Below, piece by piece: positions 59,361 through 64,000 of a DNA stretch of 64,000 nt. Below the pieces are notes generated by a model that saw only the letters and a list, made by a program, of their open reading frames with translations, did no database searches and was not told the origin of the DNA. The stretch is from a virus. Every line of letters begins with the position of its first letter. Position 1 is the first letter of the stretch. Both the position numbers and the translations under genes were made by a program. The stretch is from positions 1 through 64,000 of IMG/VR virus record IMGVR_UViG_3300017917_004998. The stretch is one strand, 5' to 3'.

Positions 59361-60221
59361 ATGCAACCCTTAGATCCAAATATTCCAGGTTCGGCAGAGC
59401 CTCAGGTAGGATATGGACCTGAGGTCATCAACATATACCCATTTCTAAATTCACTTTCGAATCTTAAAAAGGTTTTATTTGTTACGACTAGCAACAGAAG
59501 TCCGTATGTTGCTAAACAAGGAGAAAAGGCTAAATCTTCACAACTTGCGGATTATTTAGCATATCTACTAAAACAAAAAGGATGTGACGTTGAAGTAATC
59601 GATGCATCTTCACTTACAATCCACAATTGCTTAGGTTGCGTAAGCGAATTGCACGGAAATCAATGCGGTGTAAAAGCTTCTAAAGTAAAGGACGAAAAGA
59701 AAAACCCAACCGGACATTTAAGGTGTTGGGCTAGTCACGATTTTGAAGATGACGAGCTTTGGAAAATAGTTAACCCGTTGTACGAAAGCGAAGCGGTTGT
59801 TTTCTTTGCTTCCCAAAGATGGGGAAATGCAAATGCAATTTACCAGAAACTGATCGAAAGATTAGATTGGATCGAAAACATGCATTATTCTATGGGCGAG
59901 CCAAGTACAATCTCTGGAAAGAAAGCAGGATTTGTATTGATTGGTCAGAACTGGAGAGTTCAGCAAACAGTTGAAACGCAGAGGGAAGTTCTTGCATTTT
60001 ATGGTTTTGACGTACCAGAGGAACTTTACATGGGTTGGCAATTTACAAGAGACGTTGAAGACGAAAGTGAAGAATCTTACAAAGAGGCACCTTACACATT
60101 TGAGCAAAGCTGGAATATGCAATTATTCATTCCCACGTTAAAAGAGTCGGAATCACAAAGAGAACAGTCTACCTTTAAGGTAAAAGATTTTAACAGCTTT
60201 ATATCAAGGTTATCCTGGTAG
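59361..60221 (+). CDS. iron-sulfur flavoprotein / NAD(P)H-dependent FMN reductase family
   Basis: LFVTTSNRS, IHNCLGC...C...C, AVVFFASQRWG, GKKAGFV. Confidence 0.82.
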   Translation: MQPLDPNIPGSAEPQVGYGPEVINIYPFLNSLSNLKKVLFVTTSNRSPYVAKQGEKAKSSQLADYLAYLLKQKGCDVEVIDASSLTIHNCLGCVSELHGNQCGVKASKVKDEKKNPTGHLRCWASHDFEDDELWKIVNPLYESEAVVFFASQRWGNANAIYQKLIERLDWIENMHYSMGEPSTISGKKAGFVLIGQNWRVQQTVETQREVLAFYGFDVPEELYMGWQFTRDVEDESEESYKEAPYTFEQSWNMQLFIPTLKESESQREQSTFKVKDFNSFISRLSW

Positions 60222-60223
60222 GA

Positions 60224-60433
60224 TTAACCCTTTTTAGCTTCTTCGAAATCTTCTTCTGATAATTTCCAACCTTTAATTTCTCCGCCAATGTATTCCTTAG
60301 CTTCAGAAAAAGTTGCTTTTGGATTTTCCTTTATGTAGTTAACCAATTTTTCTCTAATCGCCGGGTGAATTCCTTCACCTTCAGATAAGTTTGATTCGTT
60401 TACGAAGGTTTCAAAATCTGTAAGGTTTCTCAT
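60224..60433 (-). CDS. small tagged protein (MRNLTDFETFVNES)
   Basis: GATATATA on minus strand at 60455-60462. Confidence 0.72.
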   Translation of the reverse strand: MRNLTDFETFVNESNLSEGEGIHPAIREKLVNYIKENPKATFSEAKEYIGGEIKGWKLSEEDFEEAKKG

Positions 60434-60506
60434 ATCTGTTATTAATTTTCAATCTATATATCTAGATTATTTTTTTTGATCGTCTAGAGTAATTACATTT
60501 GGACAG

Positions 60507-61043
60507 ATGTTAAAATATTTTATCAACTATTCAAAGGAAAGCTTTCTAAAAACCTTAGCTATTTCTGCGGTCTGTTTGTTTTCTTATTTTGTAGCATGGC
60601 TTGTAGTCATATTTACCGGGGATGCAGATTTTGCTTTAAGGCTTCCGTTTATTTCGCCGTGGATACATTCAGATCTTTCTCACTTTTTGATAAACATAAT
60701 TCCTCTATTCGTTTTAATGCTCAGTGAAAAAAACAGATTTAAGATTTCGTGTCTGTTAATTATACCAATCTTAATCGAAGTGGCTTTTCTGCCATTAATT
60801 TTTTTTGGCACAGCCACAGTTATTGGGCTTTCTAAATTCATTTTCTTCTTGTTTGCGAGATTTATGCTAACGAGAGAAAACAATAAAGTAATTCATCAAT
60901 CCGTATTTGTGTTCATATTTACTTTGGAACTGTTACAAATCGGATCGGGTGACCTTATAAGTCACGAAGGACACATTTTCGGTAGCATCCTTGGAATCAT
61001 TTCAATTTATGCGGAGAAAAAAGGTCTCTTAAAGAGATGCTAA
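60507..61043 (+). CDS. rhomboid-like intramembrane protease
   Basis: WIHSDLSHFLIN, GLS, SHEGHIFGSILG; several transmembrane helices. Confidence 0.75.
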   Translation: MLKYFINYSKESFLKTLAISAVCLFSYFVAWLVVIFTGDADFALRLPFISPWIHSDLSHFLINIIPLFVLMLSEKNRFKISCLLIIPILIEVAFLPLIFFGTATVIGLSKFIFFLFARFMLTRENNKVIHQSVFVFIFTLELLQIGSGDLISHEGHIFGSILGIISIYAEKKGLLKRC

Positions 61044-61607
61044 AAATTCTTTAAGAACCGACATAATATCCTCGACGTTCCCAATCTCTTCTTTTCTATA
61101 TCCAACGTTTCTATATTTGTCAACAAACTCTTCAAAACTTTTATAAAGGTCTTCGGCTAATTCTTTGTCTAATTCAGTAACCATAGAATTTTTAAAGCCC
61201 TCCATTCCCTTTCCAGTTCCAGATTCTCTAGCTTTATCTGTCGTAAAAGCTTCAATTGCATATTTGTCTGGAGACTTGTATTCATACTCATATTCTTCCA
61301 TTCCCTCTTCATCCTTACCAGCTGGAATCTTTTCGAATTCAACGTAGTCTTCCATTTCATTGGGTTCGAATGCAACAACGAACATTTTGCCAGTTGCTTT
61401 TTCTTTTAGTATAGCATATTCTGAGTAATCTGAAGCAACCAAATCAAATTTGATGTCAGACTGATTCATAGAGATGTTTCTATCTGTTTCCGAATCCTCT
61501 TTATTCCAAGGAGACATCGGATCACTTGCTGTACCCGCTGGGTAGTTCTCTTCGCTTTCTGAAGTATTCCCGTTGAAATAATCTTCAAATGTTTTTATTA
61601 CTCTCAT
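61029..61607 (-). CDS. tagged acidic protein (MRVIKTFEDYF)
   Basis: 192 aa ORF. Confidence 0.78.
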   Translation of the reverse strand: MRVIKTFEDYFNGNTSESEENYPAGTASDPMSPWNKEDSETDRNISMNQSDIKFDLVASDYSEYAILKEKATGKMFVVAFEPNEMEDYVEFEKIPAGKDEEGMEEYEYEYKSPDKYAIEAFTTDKARESGTGKGMEGFKNSMVTELDKELAEDLYKSFEEFVDKYRNVGYRKEEIGNVEDIMSVLKEFLASL

Positions 61608-61624
61608 ATGATTTTTCTTTGTTT

Positions 61625-62137
61625 TTAACGCTTAAGTGTAAGTAAATAATTGATCTTATCCAATAAAGATAAAATTTCGTCTAACTGGTTTAAAATCTCA
61701 GGATCTTTGTCAAATAAAGCTTTACAATCAACTGCATAGCATTTATAAACAGCTTTCATATATGAATTAAGCCCATCCGGAGAATCCGGGTTCATATAAT
61801 TCATAACGCTCATGGTGCATTCTTTGTCAGATAATTCAGGCCTGCAATATTTTCCCATTGCAGATTCAACCAAATCGTCAGTCAAAGAAATAAAAGTATT
61901 AAAAAGCTCATCCAAAGCCTTGTGCTCTGAGAAGGATCTTGTCTGCCAATGTAATAACTTAATTTGTGCAGTGTTTTTTAACACGCTGTGTGTTAAAAAA
62001 TTCACTTTGTCCATATTGCCGTTTTCTGGCATATCGCTCATAGTTTTTCTGAATGAATTGAATGTATAATCACCTCCAGCTGTTCCTGGTTTTTCGATTA
62101 CGTCTCCGAAAGCACTCAAATTTAAAACTTTATCCAC
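61625..62137 (-). CDS. ferritin/Dps-like four-helix protein (DUF5856 type)
   Basis: IKLLHWQT..FSEHKALDE...DDLVE; GATATATA upstream. Confidence 0.75.
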   Translation of the reverse strand: MDKVLNLSAFGDVIEKPGTAGGDYTFNSFRKTMSDMPENGNMDKVNFLTHSVLKNTAQIKLLHWQTRSFSEHKALDELFNTFISLTDDLVESAMGKYCRPELSDKECTMSVMNYMNPDSPDGLNSYMKAVYKCYAVDCKALFDKDPEILNQLDEILSLLDKINYLLTLKR

Positions 62138-62265
62138 TTTAATTTTTTTTCTTCTATATATCTAAAGTATAAAATTTTTGTGCTTCAGGATTTAGATAAA
62201 ACAAGGTCTCTATAAAAGATTTGGTGAAAAACTTATTTACATATATAAGGGATCAGAGTAAAATC

Positions 62266-62733
62266 ATGGAAGCACTTAAAAACTGGAAAAGTCTTTCCGA
62301 TAGACAGCCCATCGATCTGGAGACTTATTTAAAAGATTGGATAAAAAAGAACCCAATACATAAATTGTACATCGGTTGCGACTCGCACAACGAGTTAAAA
62401 AACACAACATTTGCGACTGTGATAGTTCTGCATTATGGGATCGGTGGTGGAGGTCACGTTCTATATTCCAGAGACACATATCCTTTAGTTAAGGATCGTT
62501 ACGAAAGATTGTGGAAGGAAGTTGAGTTGAGTGTTACTGTTGCTCAGAACCTAATTGACTTCGGATTGGGAAAACCTGACTACATTGACATAGATCTTAA
62601 TCCAGATCCTAGGTTTAAGTCAAATTCTGTTTTAAGATCTGCTGTTGGGATGATAGAGTCTCTGGGAATAACACCAAGATACAAAACGAAATCACCATGG
62701 GCTATTTCAATTGCTGATTGCATTTGTAAATAA
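62266..62733 (+). CDS. RNase H-like protein, YkuK/DUF458 family
   Basis: LYIGCDS, FATVIV, LWKEVELS, IDIDLN, WAISIAD. Confidence 0.82.
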   Translation: MEALKNWKSLSDRQPIDLETYLKDWIKKNPIHKLYIGCDSHNELKNTTFATVIVLHYGIGGGGHVLYSRDTYPLVKDRYERLWKEVELSVTVAQNLIDFGLGKPDYIDIDLNPDPRFKSNSVLRSAVGMIESLGITPRYKTKSPWAISIADCICK

Positions 62734-62763
62734 AGACTTGCGTGGAAATTAAAAATGTAATTT

Positions 62764-63018
62764 ATGGAAGAACAGGTCGAAGTAATAAATCCTGGCTTGG
62801 AAGACATTTCCAAACAGGCAAACCAAATAAAGGATTCAATCAGGAACCTAGAAAGGGAACTTGACGCATTGCAAAATAATTGCAATCACCCGGAATATGA
62901 CATAAAAAACTGTCCTACACAATCGTGCTGTTTCCAATTGAAAAGGGTCTGCAAAAAATGCTTAAGTGAAATAGGATATCCAACATCGGAGGAGACTGAA
63001 GCCTGGGTTTCTTCGTAA
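62764..63018 (+). CDS. Cys-rich hypothetical protein
   Basis: Coiled coil followed by CxH...CKKC. Confidence 0.7.
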   Translation: MEEQVEVINPGLEDISKQANQIKDSIRNLERELDALQNNCNHPEYDIKNCPTQSCCFQLKRVCKKCLSEIGYPTSEETEAWVSS

Positions 63019-63091
63019 TTTTTTTTATTGTTCAAATTGCGAAAACTTAAAGTTTTGACTTCATATAAGATCTGTGTTAAATCCTAATGAT

Positions 63092-64000
63092 ATGGAAGAA
63101 AATTTGAAAAAATCGCTAGACAATCTATCTGGTGAGATGGGACCTAGTAAGATATCAGCAAGCAGAAGAAGTATGCCAGAAGACGATGACGATGATCTTG
63201 GCGGTGAATTTAAAAATTCTTCATCGAACTCAAAAACACCTGCTCTCGATAACTTTACTCGAGATCTAACCGAGATGGCGATAAAGGGCGAGCTTGATCC
63301 AATCGTTGGCAGAGACGAAGAGATTGAAAGGGTATCACAGATTTTGGCAAGAAGGAAGAAAAACAACCCAGTTCTAATTGGTGAACCTGGTGTTGGTAAA
63401 TCTGCAATTGCTGAAGGACTTGCACTTAGAATTATTCAAAGGAAGGTTTCAAAGAATCTTTTAAACAAGAAAATCCTTACCCTGGATATGGGATCTGTTG
63501 TAGCAGGTACAAAATACAGAGGTCAATTTGAGGAGAGGATCAAGACGATTCTCGACGAACTAAAGAAGAATAAAGATATCATTATCTTCATAGACGAATT
63601 ACATACCATAGTCGGTGCAGGCGGATCATCTGGATCATTGGATGCATCTAATATGTTTAAGCCAGCCTTGGCCAGAGGAGAGATCCAGTGTGTAGGTGCA
63701 ACTACTTTAAACGAATATAGAACAAACATTGAGAAAGACGGTGCACTGGAGCGTAGATTCCAAAAGATCATAGTTGACCCGCCAACACCAGCAGAGACTC
63801 TCACGATCCTCAGAAACATTAAATCAAAATATGAGGATCACCACAATGTTGAATATACAGACGAAGCAATTGAGGTATGCGTCAAGCTCACAGAAAGGTT
63901 TATAACAGATCGCAATTTTCCTGATAAGGCCCTGGATGCTTTGGATGAAGCGGGCAGTAGAGCACAGCTTACTCAGGTTAAAGTTCCAGATAGCCTAATC
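63092..64000 (+). CDS. clpC: ClpC/ClpB-family AAA+ chaperone without the Clp-N domain (runs off window end; absent from ORF track)
   Basis: [74 protein letters not shown]. Confidence 0.93.
   Translation, partial: MEENLKKSLDNLSGEMGPSKISASRRSMPEDDDDDLGGEFKNSSSNSKTPALDNFTRDLTEMAIKGELDPIVGRDEEIERVSQILARRKKNNPVLIGEPGVGKSAIAEGLALRIIQRKVSKNLLNKKILTLDMGSVVAGTKYRGQFEERIKTILDELKKNKDIIIFIDELHTIVGAGGSSGSLDASNMFKPALARGEIQCVGATTLNEYRTNIEKDGALERRFQKIIVDPPTPAETLTILRNIKSKYEDHHNVEYTDEAIEVCVKLTERFITDRNFPDKALDALDEAGSRAQLTQVKVPDSLI

Larger units (their letters stand above)
6085..62162. promoter_or_regulatory. putative late/phage-specific promoter motif GATATATA
   Basis: About 5-45 nt upstream of starts, on the coding strand, at 6085, 11942(-), 13468, 15811, 21946, 33265, 37582, 38993, 42726, 46124, 46766, 47392, 50298(-), 50502, 51951, 56978(-), 58931, 60462(-), 62162(-). 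Confidence 0.72.

Overview
64 kb from a large AT-rich lytic phage genome. The host is probably Bacteroidota: the window encodes a Bacteroidota-type sigma-70 lacking region 1.1 and carries TAnnTTT(A/G) promoters. Genes are dense, use the standard genetic code and are mostly small hypotheticals. Recognisable genes are Thg1, a sigma-70, a RadA-like ATPase, a PseT-type HAD phosphatase, a CAP-domain protein, a MoxR-type AAA+ ATPase with a split metallopeptidase/vWA partner, a lytic transglycosylase, an Fe-S flavoprotein, a rhomboid, a ferritin-like protein, a YkuK RNase H-like protein and a truncated ClpC, plus 3 canonical tRNAs. Layout: (i) 0-7.5 kb paralog cassettes; (ii) 7.6-11.9 kb six tandem leucine-rich-repeat genes; (iii) a 1.5 kb non-coding island with repeats; (iv) 16-36 kb early-type region of promoter-gene-terminator cassettes; (v) a second GC-rich non-coding island at 36.3-36.9 kb; (vi) 37-64 kb late-type genes behind a GATATATA motif. 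Best candidate for an undescribed system: an array at 29.5-33.3 kb of 13 tRNA-shaped RNAs. They share a near-invariant acceptor stem and T arm (AGTCAGG...ACAGGTTCGAATCCTGTCCTGACTA) but each has a different structured lower half and no canonical anticodon loop, and they are interleaved with micro-ORFs. Second candidate: a two-tag peptide code (N-terminal MKHIKxF/YE and a DLxx(L/I)GF helix) shared by about 25 otherwise unrelated proteins. Family names come from motif recognition by eye; no database searches were run.
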